The translations under genes were made by a program, and so were the position numbers. This document shows positions 1 through 14,267 of a DNA stretch of 64,000 bases, piece after piece (positions within the stretch are counted from its first letter, which is position 1; each line of letters opens with the position of its first letter). The notes under the pieces are model-generated. The model saw only the letters and a list, made by a program, of their open reading frames with translations. It was not told the origin of the DNA and searched no databases. Location of the stretch: NCBI RefSeq assembly GCF_964204645.1, contig NC_134033.1:266031-330030 (forward strand). The letters are read 5' to 3'. This DNA comes from Tubulanus polymorphus (lineage: Eukaryota; Animalia; Nemertea).

Positions 1-107
1 AAGAAGCTTCATCAGCTTAAGGATGAGGCTGATGAAGTTACTGAAAGCTCGTGCGTCTCATAGAATAGTTACAGCGACAGAACTACTCGTCTAGTTGTGA
101 ATTCAGC

Positions 108-1116
108 TCAGTAGCATCGCTTGAAGAATTCAGCCATGTCAGCCGCATATATAACTGTGGAATCGAGTCTAGAAATATTGAATTGTGGAACTTGATCAAT
201 GTAATCTATATTAACAAAAAACTTCTCCATAAATAGAGACACAATGGAGTTAGAACGTTATAAGTGTTCTACTGGCCGTGTTATAGTGTTACTGGCCGTA
301 TTCTAGTGTTACTCACCGTGTAAATCGAAAAGTTGATCATTTAGCACTTTTTTGACGAAGTTCTTTTTTTTCTGCTTGGCACTGCGAGCTTTGGATTTTA
401 TTTTTTTCACTAACAAACCCTCGAGCGCTTCGCGGTCACGTGCCGAATTATTAGACACGAGAGAGTCGAATAAATCTGTAATATCCACATCACAACAAAT
501 TCACTTTCTAATTTTCCATATTGATTTAAGGGTTTAAATTTGCATACGATTAGGTATGCACTCGTAGTTCTGATTGGTCAGTTAACCGAAGGACCACCGA
601 TACGAGCCAATCAGAGTGGATTTAACATACCTGACAATGGTAAGCTATCTCCATCAAATAACTTCTTTACTGAAGTTCTAATACCATTCGAGTCGACTTC
701 ATCCCTGATTCTATATACATTAAATCAACATGTTTTATTAGTAACTAATCATAATTTTACTGAATCGCTGAAGTCATCGAGAATGAGAAGGTCGTTGATT
801 TCAATTAATTATAATTTTACTGAATCGTTTGAAGTCATCGAGAATGAGAAGGTCGTTGATTACAATTAATTAAAATTTTGCTGAATCGCTGAAGTCATCG
901 AGAATGAGAAGGTCGTTATCGTTATTATGAAAGATGTTTATTACTAATTACTTACGCTTCGAAAGCCAGATCATCCAACTCAGGAATCTCATCGACATCG
1001 TCAGCAACCTGTTCCACGTCTATTCCTGCTGTTGTTCCAACTTGCGCATGCGCAAACACTGCTAATAAAGCTGCTATGATGAATAGCCTGTAGATGAGTC
1101 CCACTGCGTTAAACAT
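108..1116 (-). CDS. Secreted orphan protein, 165 aa, 4 coding exons (956-1116, 631-710, 317-475, 108-205)
   Basis: ATG at 1116 gives MFNAVGLIYRLFIIAALLAVFAHA (signal-peptide-like). All three introns are GT..AG with compatible phases (2,1,1), and the frame is open to TGA at 108-110 (ends ...EFFKRCY). No family recognised. Confidence 0.7.
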
Positions 1117-1185
1117 CTTTACACCGTCAAACTGAATTAGTTATTGATTTTAGACATTCACACTACAAGAGAGAGGAGAGGGAGA

Positions 1186-1391
1186 GAGGCAGAGGCAGAG
1201 GCAGAGGCAGAGGCAGAGGCAGAGGCAGAAGCAGAGGCAGAGGCAGAGGCAGAGGCAGAGGCAGAGGCAGAGGCAGAGGCAGAGGCAGAGGCAGAGGCAG
1301 AGGCAGAGGCAGAGGCAGAGGCAGAGGCAGGGCAGAGGCAGAGGCAGAGGCAGAGGCAGAGGCAGAGGCAGAGGCAGAGGCAGAGGCAGAG
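1186..1391. repeat. (GGCAGA)n hexanucleotide microsatellite
   Basis: Direct reading; produces the spurious EA/QR ORF at 1144-1437. Confidence 0.95.
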
Positions 1392-1981
1392 GAAAGAGGA
1401 GGAGAGGGTTAGTCGCGACTATAGTCGAACTAAGTGAAACCGAATCTCCATTAGTCGGAACTATAGTCCGGAAATAGTTCGGAAATAAAGCGCATTCGGT
1501 TATTAGTTCCGACCACTAGTCGACTATAGATACGAAAACCGAATTTGGCCCAGGAGGACTTGCTTGATTTATACAGCTAGGAGGACTTAGTTAGTTTTAC
1601 CTGCTAAACTCTTGGCGTCCGTTTTAACAATGACTCAACTTCTGAACTGTTTATAAATCAGTGTTTGTGCGACTGACTGATTTTGATAATTTGTTTGTCA
1701 GCTGGATTTCGGCAACTGCTGTATTTGATGTAATTATTAACGCTTTTATGAACTTTATTTACGTGTCAATCAGTTCAAACTCATATATTGATCATATACA
1801 GGGAGTTTCAGTATCAACGCTACCAGATCTAACCTTAAATTTCAAATCATATTCTTCCCATAAACCCCTTAAACTGTGTACATCACTGGAAAGCTTTAAA
1901 TTTCCGGTACTGTAAGTGGATAGTCAGCACACCTGACTGGTCACTGGTCACCACACCTGACCGGTCAAACCCGACCAATCA

Positions 1982-2058
1982 CCACCGGTCTATGGTCTAG
2001 AGGGTAGCATGCTCGGTCGGAATGCTGGAGTTGGCAGGTTCGAGTCCCGCTAGTGGCC
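1982..2058 (+). mobile_element. tRNA-derived (SINE-head-like) sequence
   Basis: A-box-like TGGTCTAGAGGG and B-box GGTTCGAGTCC at tRNA spacing, but imperfect stems. GGAGTTGGCAGGTTCGAGTCC recurs on the minus strand near 20550. Confidence 0.55.
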
Positions 2059-2374
2059 TATTATTATGAAGTATTTTTGTTCAGGTTTTTGTGAATGAAA
2101 AACGGTTTTTTAACGAAACTCGTAGTAAACAATGGTAACAATTTGCACCTGGTGTTTCACACTGCAGTCGGGTTAGAGGGATGGGAGAGTATTACTGATT
2201 ATTTCATTAATTAGACGTTTAAATATCAGCAGAAATGACACTCGACCCACCTGACACACTCACACAAACACCTGACACACTCGTGGGGAATGTTACTGGA
2301 TCAAACAGGTGTTCATTTTTTAATTAGTTCAGTAAATATAGTAGCTATTATTATTCACGGAATTATCATTTAGA

Positions 2375-2878
2375 GATCGTCAGAGAACAGCAGAGATCAG
2401 CAGAGATCAGCACAACACAGCAGAGATCAACAGAGATCAGCACAACACAGCAGAGATCAGCAGAACACAGCAGAGATCAGCAGAACACAGCAGAGATCAG
2501 CAGAACACAGCAGAGATCAGCAGAACACAGCAGAGATCAGCAGAACACAGCAGAGATCAGCAGAGATCAGCACAACACAGCAGAGATCAGCAGAACACAG
2601 CAGAGATCAGCAGAGATCAGCACAACACAGCAGAGATCAGCAGAACACAGCAGAGATCAGCAGAACACAGCAGAGATCAGCACAACACAGCAGAGATCAG
2701 CAGAACACAGCAGAGATCAGCAGAACACAGCAGAGATCAGCAGAACACAGCAGAGATCAGCAGAACACAGCAGAGATCAGCAGAACACAGCAGAGATCAG
2801 CAGAACACAGCAGAGATCAGCACAACACAGCAGAGATCAGCAGAACACAGCAGAGATCAGCAGAACACAGCAGAGATC
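2375..2878. repeat. Minisatellite, 20-bp unit CAGCAGAGATCAGCAGAACA
   Basis: Direct reading. Confidence 0.95.
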
Positions 2879-3372
2879 GGTTCATCGTACAGGACAACTA
2901 TCTGTGATGGAACTCGAAGCGTCGTGAAGGATTTAAGGAATCGTCAGTGAGATCAGGTCAAAGTTTCTTCTCATAAACTCGTCACGGATATAGAGAAGTG
3001 TGGACTTGGAAATGTCTTCTAAAAGTCCTGTTAGATATCTACAAGAGGTGAATCCAATAGGAGAGTGATTCGGCTTCGGGTGAATCATGGTCCTATAGGA
3101 GAGTGATTCGGCTTCGGGTAGGTAAAAGGGTAGCTTAGGCTGCAGATTATCTTAAACCAACTTCGACTGAATAAATTGAAACTTGTGTTCAAGCTTAAAA
3201 CATTAAGTATTAACGATGAAGTAGATGAAATGACGTGTCGTCGATATCAATTATTTCTCACAGCTGTTGCCCCCGTGTGTGCTCAATATCTGGGTTGACA
3301 AATGAAGTTGAACAACAGGGTTAAGTATTAATCAATCGTTATACAAAGAGTTCAGTTCAAACTGTTTATAAA

Positions 3373-3469
3373 ATGGAAACAATATTCCACCCTAAAGTGG
3401 AAACAATATTCCACCCTAAAGTGGAAACAATATTCCACCCTAAAGTGGAAACAATATTCCACCCTAAAG
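3373..3469. repeat. 24-bp tandem repeat x4 (TGGAAACAATATTCCACCCTAAAG)
   Basis: Direct reading. Confidence 0.9.
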
Positions 3470-3890
3470 GTTTTTTAAACATCTTACGTTTTCCTAAATT
3501 TATGAAGGATTTTTCATGAATTACCGAAAAGACGGAAAGAGTTTCCAAAACTGTTGGCTTCGGTTCATAGCATCTCAAATGTTCTCTTAAGCAGGTATCT
3601 GTCTGTACCCACAACCTCTGCGCCATCACCTCTCAAATGGTTAATGTCTGTCTAAACTTGATGGTTGTCTGTCTAAACTAATTTTCAAATAAAATGTCAG
3701 TTGTCCTGCGACAAGGGTTGTTGATACCTGGATGAATATGTTTTAGGAAAATGGCGAATCTCAGTATATTTGACAGCCGAATGCAAACTGTATTTCAACA
3801 AATATCTTAAAAAAAACTTGATTGAATGTTTTAACACTGGATCGATTCGATCTGGCATTTCTTTTGTTTTACTAACAAGCAGCATCGAGG

Positions 3891-4105
3891 TCCGCTTCGG
3901 GCTGTAATTAGGGTTTTAGGGTAAGTCAGATCCGCTTCGGGCTGTGATTAGGGTTTTAGGGTTAGTCAGATCCGCTTCGGGCTGTGATTAGGGTTTTAGG
4001 GTAAGTCAGATCCGCTTCGGGCTGTGATTAGGGTTTTAGGGTTAGTCAGATCCGCTTCGGGCTGTGATTAGGGTTTTAGAGTTAGTCAGATCTGCTTGAA
4101 GCTGT
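3891..4105. repeat. 40-bp tandem repeat x5 containing TTAGGG motifs
   Basis: Unit TCCGCTTCGGGCTGTGATTAGGGTTTTAGGGTWAGTCAGA. Confidence 0.9.
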
Positions 4106-4364
4106 GGTTTGTCTCTCATTTCAGATTGTTAGGTGAAGTATAAACATATATATATATAAACATATTGATCTGACAAGTGACAAAGCTGGTTGTATTCAAT
4201 AACTCCCCTCTCCCCACACTCCCCTCTCCCCTCTACCAACTCCCCTCTACCAACTCCCCACTCCCCTCTCCCACTCCCCTCTCCCAACTCCCCTCTCCGT
4301 GGATTCATAACTATTGCATCATATTGATTATAAAATACATTCCACATTTTGAATTGTAGGCCCT

Positions 4365-7142
<2,778 letters not shown>

Positions 7143-7162
7143 CGAGTAAACTCCATTCTTCC

Positions 7163-7400
7163 TCGAGATAGTTTAGGCGAATTTATCATCGAGAATAGAG
7201 TAGGCGAATTTATCATCGAGATGGTTTAGGCGAATTTATCTTCGAGAATAGAGTAGGCGAATTTATCATCGAGATGGTTTAGACGAATTTATCTTCGAGA
7301 ATAGTTTAGGTCAACTTATCCTCGAAAGTAGTGTAGGCGAATCTATATATCATTGTGAGTAGTTTAGGCGAATTTATCCCAGATAGTTTAGGCGAAGTTA
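7163..7400. repeat. Degenerate ~25-bp tandem repeat (TTTAGGCGAATTTATCATCGAGA..)
   Basis: Direct reading. Confidence 0.8.
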
Positions 7401-7685
7401 TCCAACGGCCTATCGTCAAAATGGTCAAAAACTCAAAGTGAAAACTGATCATAGTCAATTCCAGAGGCAGCAGTTTTATTTTCGACACGTGACTTGCAAA
7501 TAACGATAATCAAAAATCAAATACGATTTAACAGGGGGGAAATCGCCTCTATTAACAAACGTGTGGTGCCCGTGGGGGCAGGGCGTTGTTCATTGGAAAT
7601 TTTTGTTCAGAATGTAGCGTTGAGAATGTATCAATAAAATGTATCGATATATTTGAATTTGAGTTTGAGTTGTGTCTTGCGTAAA

Positions 7686-8119
7686 GAAGGAATCTGCAGT
7701 ACCGGTACAGATCGGTGAAGGAATCTGCAGTACCGGTACAGATCGGTGAAGGAATCTGCAGTACCGGTACAGATCGGTGAAGGAATCTCCAGTACCGGTA
7801 TAGATCGGTGAAGGAATCTGCAGTACCGGTACAGATCGGTGAAGGAATCTGCAGTACCGGTACAGATAGGTGAAGGAATCTGCAGTACCGGTATAGATCG
7901 GTGAAGGAATCTGCAGTACCGGTATAGATCGGTGAAGGAATCTGCAGTACCGGTACAGATCGGTGAAGGAATCTGCAGTACCGGTATAGATCGGTGAAGG
8001 AATCTGCAGTACCGGTACAGATCGGTGAAGGAATCTGCAGTACCGGTATAGATCGGTGAAGGAATCTGAAGTACCGGTATAGATCGGTGAAGGAATCTGC
8101 AGTACCGGTATAGATCGGT
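7686..8119. repeat. 31-bp minisatellite x14 (GAAGGAATCTGCAGTACCGGTAYAGATCGGT)
   Basis: Direct reading. Confidence 0.95.
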
Positions 8120-8847
8120 CTGGTAATTCATAAGTCCGTTTCCGTGTCCGCTACTTCAACGTCTCACATCGAGGATCAATAATGTTAATTTGATTTTGAC
8201 TTGAGTTCGATGGTCCGGTCCATGAGTCCGAATATCAATTCAATTTAAACTTTGTTGGAGTCATCAATTAAATAAAATTAAATTTATTCGTTATCAACCT
8301 CTGAAAGATCGTCAATAAATTGGAACGAAAGAAAGATGGGAAAACCGACAACTGTGTCAGATAGCGGTAATATCACCGAGTTCTGTTTGTCGTAATCAGT
8401 GACAGTGTAATCGCTGCTGACCTAATTCCCGATGGTAGTAATCAGCTGATCAGCTGATCAGTTGACGAAGTCGAATAGCTGCCTGATCACATGATTTTTC
8501 GAGTCTTAAACGAGTAAATTTCTTCAACGGTTTTAACAATAAAAGGTACGTGGTGTAAAATAATCGTGTCCTGAGTCTGTGTCAATAGACCTGTCACTGG
8601 CCGGGTCGAGAGTCTGGAGGAGGGACCAGGCAGGGGGGCGTAACTATCAGTCAGCTGTTCTTCTTTTCAGCTGCCCGCCTGCTGCCCCTAGGCCACCCCT
8701 ACCCCTCACAGCCACCCCACCCCAGCCCCTCGGCCATACCAAACCAACCCCTCACAGCCACCCCAGCCACTCGGCCATACCAACCCCTTAATCTCCTTGT
8801 CGTCAGTTGTAACTATTTTGTTGTGATTTATATTTTATAGATTGATA

Positions 8848-11800
8848 ATGGTGAAGTTATATCTGAGAGGTCGATGGTGCCGGACCAAACTAAAACAAGT
8901 ATTCTTCATTGTTATGATGGTAACGCTGGCCGTCGTGGTAACCAATGTAGTTTACGGGTTTATCTCGACTAATAAAACATCGACGGGAGTTGAGTCGGCG
9001 GGCTCGGCTCCCGGCGGGCCCGTCGCGGGCTCGGCTCCCGGCGGGCTCGACGCGGGCCGTCGTAGAAAACATCATAGACGCAGATTTAAAAATACGAAGA
9101 GTAATGAATTAATGCAGATTTGTCGCGTGGCGCCGTTAACTTTAAATAACAATCAGAATAAAGCTGCGTTTCAACAATTACCGCCATTAAACTGTCCCGG
9201 TCCGAGTCCTGTATTCTACCTAAAACACGGCGTGTTTCACGTGAATGAGACTAGTCTCGGGGAGCGTCTCGGGACCGCGGCTAGGACCGCGTCCCGTCCC
9301 GCGTCCAGTCATTTTAAACGCTGTGAATATCGCGCTATTTTACGCCGGAACGATAATTATCACGTTTATTCGACCGTTCATTCGAGAACCGCTAAATTCT
9401 CGCTGAAAATTCTGCACGATTTCTTCCGCGTCGGGTGCTTCCTGACGGAGCCGTCCCGTCGACGTCTCGAGATACAGGCCGGACATCGGTCGCGGGACTT
9501 GAAAGCGGCGCCGGACTCCGTTTTGGATCGCGATGAAATCGCGGACGAAAAACGTGACGATTTTAACAAGAAAATGAAAAAATCCGAATTAAAAAATCTT
9601 CTTAACGAGAGAAAAAGCGGGAAAAAAATCAATAATCAGAAAATCGAAACTTTAGAAGATGAGGAATTGGTTGCCGCGGAGATTCCAGATTTCGACCAGT
9701 TTTTCGTACAGGCTCGGCCAAATCCGAAAGTCTTCACAAGAATCGAACAACAACTGCGCGATCGCAAACAATCGTCTATCGTTACTACGGAAACTACGCG
9801 ACAGAAGATGAATGTATTGATTTTAATCGTCGATTCGATGTCTCATTTGAGTTATCAGAGAAATCTACCAAAAACTTACGCATTACTGAAAAAACTCAAC
9901 TCAGTTATAATGAATCAGTATAATATTGTAGGGGACGGTACTACTGCTAATATTGTACCATTACTCACAGGTATAAATAATAGCCCCCTCTCCCCTCCCC
10001 TCTCCTCCCCCTCTCCTCCTCCGTCTCCCCTACTGATAAGTACAGATAAAGCAAACCCCTCCAGGGTCCCCTATAACTCCTTCATTCCTTAAAAACTCTT
10101 AAATGGGAAATGCTTTAAAGTCACCCGATTGAAACTCAGTTAATTTGAGCAGAATAGCTGAAACTCCTTTAAAACTCCATCTATCCTGGGCTCACTTTCA
10201 TTAAAATGATTAAGGCCTAAATCGATTATTGAAGATAAACTGAAATTATGAAGAAATTAAATTGATTTTAAGAGTGAAACCTTTTTGTGAAACGGTGCCC
10301 AGGACCAGGACTGATCTGTAGGGACCTTGAAGCAGCAGGGTCAATGTAGACAGTCACCTCTATAATATGAGTATAGATACATGAAATCACTATAGATCTG
10401 ATGATGTCATAGGGGGAATAATGTATATAATAAATGTATTGTGTATTGTAGGTAATTTAATAGAAGAGTTACCGGAAACTCGTCCGGGAATTCCCGATAC
10501 CTCGTACGTGGATCGATATCCGTTTATCTGGAACCGTTACGAGGAACGAGGTTACGCTACTCTTTACGCCGAGGATCAACCGAATATCGGTACGTTTAAT
10601 CTACGTTTAAACGGTTTTGAGGAACCTCCCGTCGATCATTATATGCGGCCATTTTGGCAGGCGGTTGAGGACTCGTCGCTGAACGACGCCAGTCATAAAT
10701 TCTGTCTCGGATCGAAACCGAAGCACCAGTATTTGTTGGATTACGCGACGGACTTTTTCCGGAATTATCGAAACGTATCGAAATTCGCCGTGGTTTTCCC
10801 CGGAGAATTAACGCACGAGGACAACAATCCGGGTCAGTACCTTGACGACGACCTAGTTACCACGATTCTACGTCTACAACACGAGCGCCACCTGGAGAAC
10901 ACGTTGTTAATCGTAATGAGCGATCACGGCGCTCGATACGGGGGAGTACGCGATACTCCTCAAGGTCGCGCGGAGGAGCGTCTGCCGATGATGTCCTTAA
11001 CGTTCCCGCGCTGGTTCTACAAGGAACACCCGCGACTGATGAAGAATTTACGAGCGAACGCAGATCGTCTGCTGACTCCCTTCGACGTTCACGAGACTCT
11101 ACTCGACGTTCTAAATGAGAACACGGCGCAGCGTTCAATCAGGTACAATCAACGCGGTATCAGTTTACTGCAGCAGGTACCGTTAAACCGCACCTGTCAA
11201 TCAGCAGGTGTACCGATACACTGGTGCACCTGTTTACTAGGCGTAGATATCGATACGGTCGACCAGGTCGTTCAGAAATCGACCGGTTTAGTCGTCGACT
11301 CAATGAATAAATTAATTAAACCGTTTATTGATGACGATGTCTGCGATGAATTGACTCTCGATAAAATCTTGAGCGCCAGAAAATTCGCACCCATCGAACA
11401 GGTTAGTTTTACTACGAGATATTTCAGTTTGATTGTACCCAATTCCACTGTGGAACTGGATCCAGTAACTGTGGAACTGGATCCACCGCTGTGGAACTGG
11501 ATCCACTACTGTGGAACTGGATCCACTGCTGTGGAACTGGATCCACTGCTGTGGAACTGGATCCACTGCTGTGGAACTGGATCCACAACTGTGGAATCGG
11601 GAGTTGATTCATAATTAATCCAAATTCTTCCATTTTTTTTCAGCTTCTCGAATTTTTGGATAAAAACGAAAACAAGAAGAATATAAACGGTAGACGTCGA
11701 CACCAGGGGGCGTTAGCGTACCCTCACGTGACTAATTTCACCGAACGGGTTCGATTGGACAAGATGTTTTATCAGGTGACATTTCAAACAAACCCTAATA

Positions 11801-11991
11801 AAGGCTGGTACGAAGCTACAGTAGAATATGAACAATCCACAGATAAATACCGTGTACTGCCGGATATCAGTCGTATTACTAGCTACGGTAACCAGTCGCA
11901 TTGTATCGTTAAAACAGCCCCTCATTTACGTAGTTTCTGTAACTGTCGACAGGGCGCAGCACCGGTTACTAAACAATCGCAATATCATTAA
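8848..11991 (+). CDS. DUF229-family protein (alkaline phosphatase/sulfatase superfamily), type II membrane, 806 aa; exons 8848-9970, 10452-11401, 11644-11991
   Basis: N-terminal TM anchor; motifs NVLILIVDSMS, YNIVGDGTTAN, GYATLYAED, PPVDHYMRPF, ELTHED, MSDHGARYG, EERLP, NRTCQSAGVPIHWCTC and terminal SFCNC, as in DUF229 proteins. GT/AG junctions are in frame. Confidence 0.9.
11446..11597. repeat. Intronic 20-bp tandem repeat (CTGTGGAACTGGATCCACTG)
   Basis: Direct reading; the unit matches the terminal sequence of the local MITE family (cf. 38570-38585). Confidence 0.85.
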
Positions 11992-12064
11992 ATTATATTC
12001 ATTCCGTAAAGCCATGAAATATAGAGACTTTTAGCGAGAGACTTATTCAATAATAGAGTCAAAT

Positions 12065-12205
12065 TCTTTTGAGTCGTAGCTTCTTGAGTCCTAACCTCTT
12101 GAGAGTTGTAGCCTCTTTGAGTCCTAGACTTTGAGTCCTAGACTCTTGAGAGTCGTAGCCTCTTTGAGTCGTAGCCTCTTTTGAGTCCTAGACTCTGAGT
12201 CGTAG
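12065..12205. repeat. Degenerate short tandem repeat (TTGAGTCSTAGMC) downstream of the DUF229 stop
   Basis: Direct reading. Confidence 0.75.
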
Positions 12206-12682
12206 GTCTCCTACGCTGAATTGTGATATGTATGAAGTTTGTGGGATATATTTGCACCGATAGTCTTGGTATATATAGAATATTGTCTATCTCCTGTTGT
12301 GAGGTTTATTGAGGGCAATTTCAATGATAGTTGAGTTTAAAGTCTTCACAAGTCGAGAACTAGAACAAACAACAGAACAGTTCAACTATTGATTTCATCA
12401 ATGATTTATTGATTTGAAGTGATTTAAACTTTCAAGGGGAAAGGGGGTTGAGAGTCAGGGGGAGGGGGTTGAGAGTCAGGGGGAGGGGGTTGAGAGTCAG
12501 AGGGGGGATTGCGTTTTAATAGTCTCAGAAACCAGAGTAATCTATTAATGAATTACTTACATGAAGGATTTTATGTTAAAATAATTGGTGCTATTAAATT
12601 GTGTAATCAATGATTTGTATATAGAATTTATATGTATGTATAGTTTAATTGTGTCTCCCTCACTTTATTCTGCCTCAAGTCG

Positions 12683-13058
12683 CAACCTAGATCCACCCCT
12701 CCAGACCCCCTTCACGTAGGACAGACCTGGTTCAACCTAGATCCACCCCTCCAGACCCCCTTCACGTAGGACAGACCTGGTTCAACCTAGATCCACCCCT
12801 CCAGACCCCCTTCACGTAGGACAGACCTGGTTCAACCTAGATCCACCCCTCCAGACCCCCTTCACGTAGGACAGACCTGGTTCAACCTAGATCCACCCCT
12901 CCAGACCCCCTTCACGTAGGACAGACCTGGTTCAACCTAGATCCACCCCTCCAGACCCCCTTCACGTAGGATGGACCTGGTTCAACCTAGATCCACCCCT
13001 CCAGACCCCCTTCACGTAGGATGGACCTGGTTCAACCTAGATCCACCCCTCCAGACCC
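12683..13058. repeat. 50-bp minisatellite x7.5
   Basis: Unit CAACCTAGATCCACCCCTCCAGACCCCCTTCACGTAGGACAGACCTGGTT. Confidence 0.95.
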
Positions 13059-14267
13059 TGCTCACTAACTCAATTTCTAGCTTCTGCTGATTATTTTTAA
13101 TGGTTGATGAACGCTAAATCATAAATTTTTTTTAATGAAAATATTTTTGAAAAATTTATTGTAAAAATTACACAATTTTCTGATGATTTTTTGCTCAATA
13201 AAATTCTTATAACAAGTTTATTTTGTACAAAATGAGTTTTAATGTTTGTTTTCTGGCTAAAAGGAACCAGCCCCCCTCCGTTCATCCAGGCCATACGTAA
13301 TAGCAGTTTGTAGCAGCAAGGCCATCACTTGTGGTTATAGACTCACAGGGAACTTCACTGCATCAGAAAATCTGTTCGTTAAAACCGATAGTTCACTGTG
13401 TTTCATCCAGTATGAAAATAATTGAATTATCTTACTTTGGACAAGATTCTATATAAGTTATATCATTTAAAAGTGATGCAGACAATTCCTCAAAATCGGA
13501 AATATTCTCCTGAAAAAATCCTTGAAAAATCCTCCAAGTCTTGAATCGCATTCTGTTGGAATCCTTGTTTACGTAGCACAAGTAGGAAGACAAATACTGT
13601 ACAAATCATTAATACAAAAAACAGATTTCATATCAGTTTGCAAATTTTTTTTTTAATAAATGAAAAAACTAAATGACTCGTCAGCAAAATAATTATAATT
13701 GACTCAGCAGCAAAATTATAATTAATACATTATTATCAAGAATATGCCGGAAGCATAAACATGTGACTAGCGGTTAAAATAAAAGCATAAATACATTTTA
13801 TTGAAATGAAAGCATTTTTTGCGCTCTTTTACATTTTGTCGAAAAAGATGATAATTGGTGCATTTCATTGCGAGATTATGTATAATATTGGACATTATCC
13901 TTTTTGGATGTGACATGTTCTTCAAGATTGGCCTCTGGGAACACCCCCCTCCCCTACCGGGCCCTGCGCTCTCCTCATGGCTATAGATGAGTCCATCCAC
14001 CCCTGATGGTTTAGCGCCCGAGGGCTGCAGTTGCTGAAAAGTTGGTTAAAGATAACCGGCGGGTAAATACCATAGTAACAATGAACTTTGTCACTATGTC
14101 AACTATCCACTGTTAACTCTTAAACAACATAAGAGCAACTGCAGCTATTGTAGTTTTATAGAGTGGCTCCCCCTATCGGGCACATTTTGAAATACAGTAG
14201 AAAGCTGATATCTATTATACACACATGTATATATTGTGTTTATTGATTTTTACGGACGAAATTTTAT

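Noticed and set aside
1144-1437. EA/QR-repeat ORF
   Set aside because: Translation of a GGCAGA microsatellite.
1982-2058. Functional tRNA gene
   Set aside because: Acceptor, anticodon and T stems do not pair cleanly; related partial copies elsewhere point to a SINE.
3012-3047. MSSKSPVRYLQE as first exon of the 4365 ORF
   Set aside because: Its donor is phase 0, whereas the 4359 acceptor needs phase 1.
3891-4105. Telomere or interstitial telomeric array
   Set aside because: Only two TTAGGG per 40-bp unit, embedded in other sequence.
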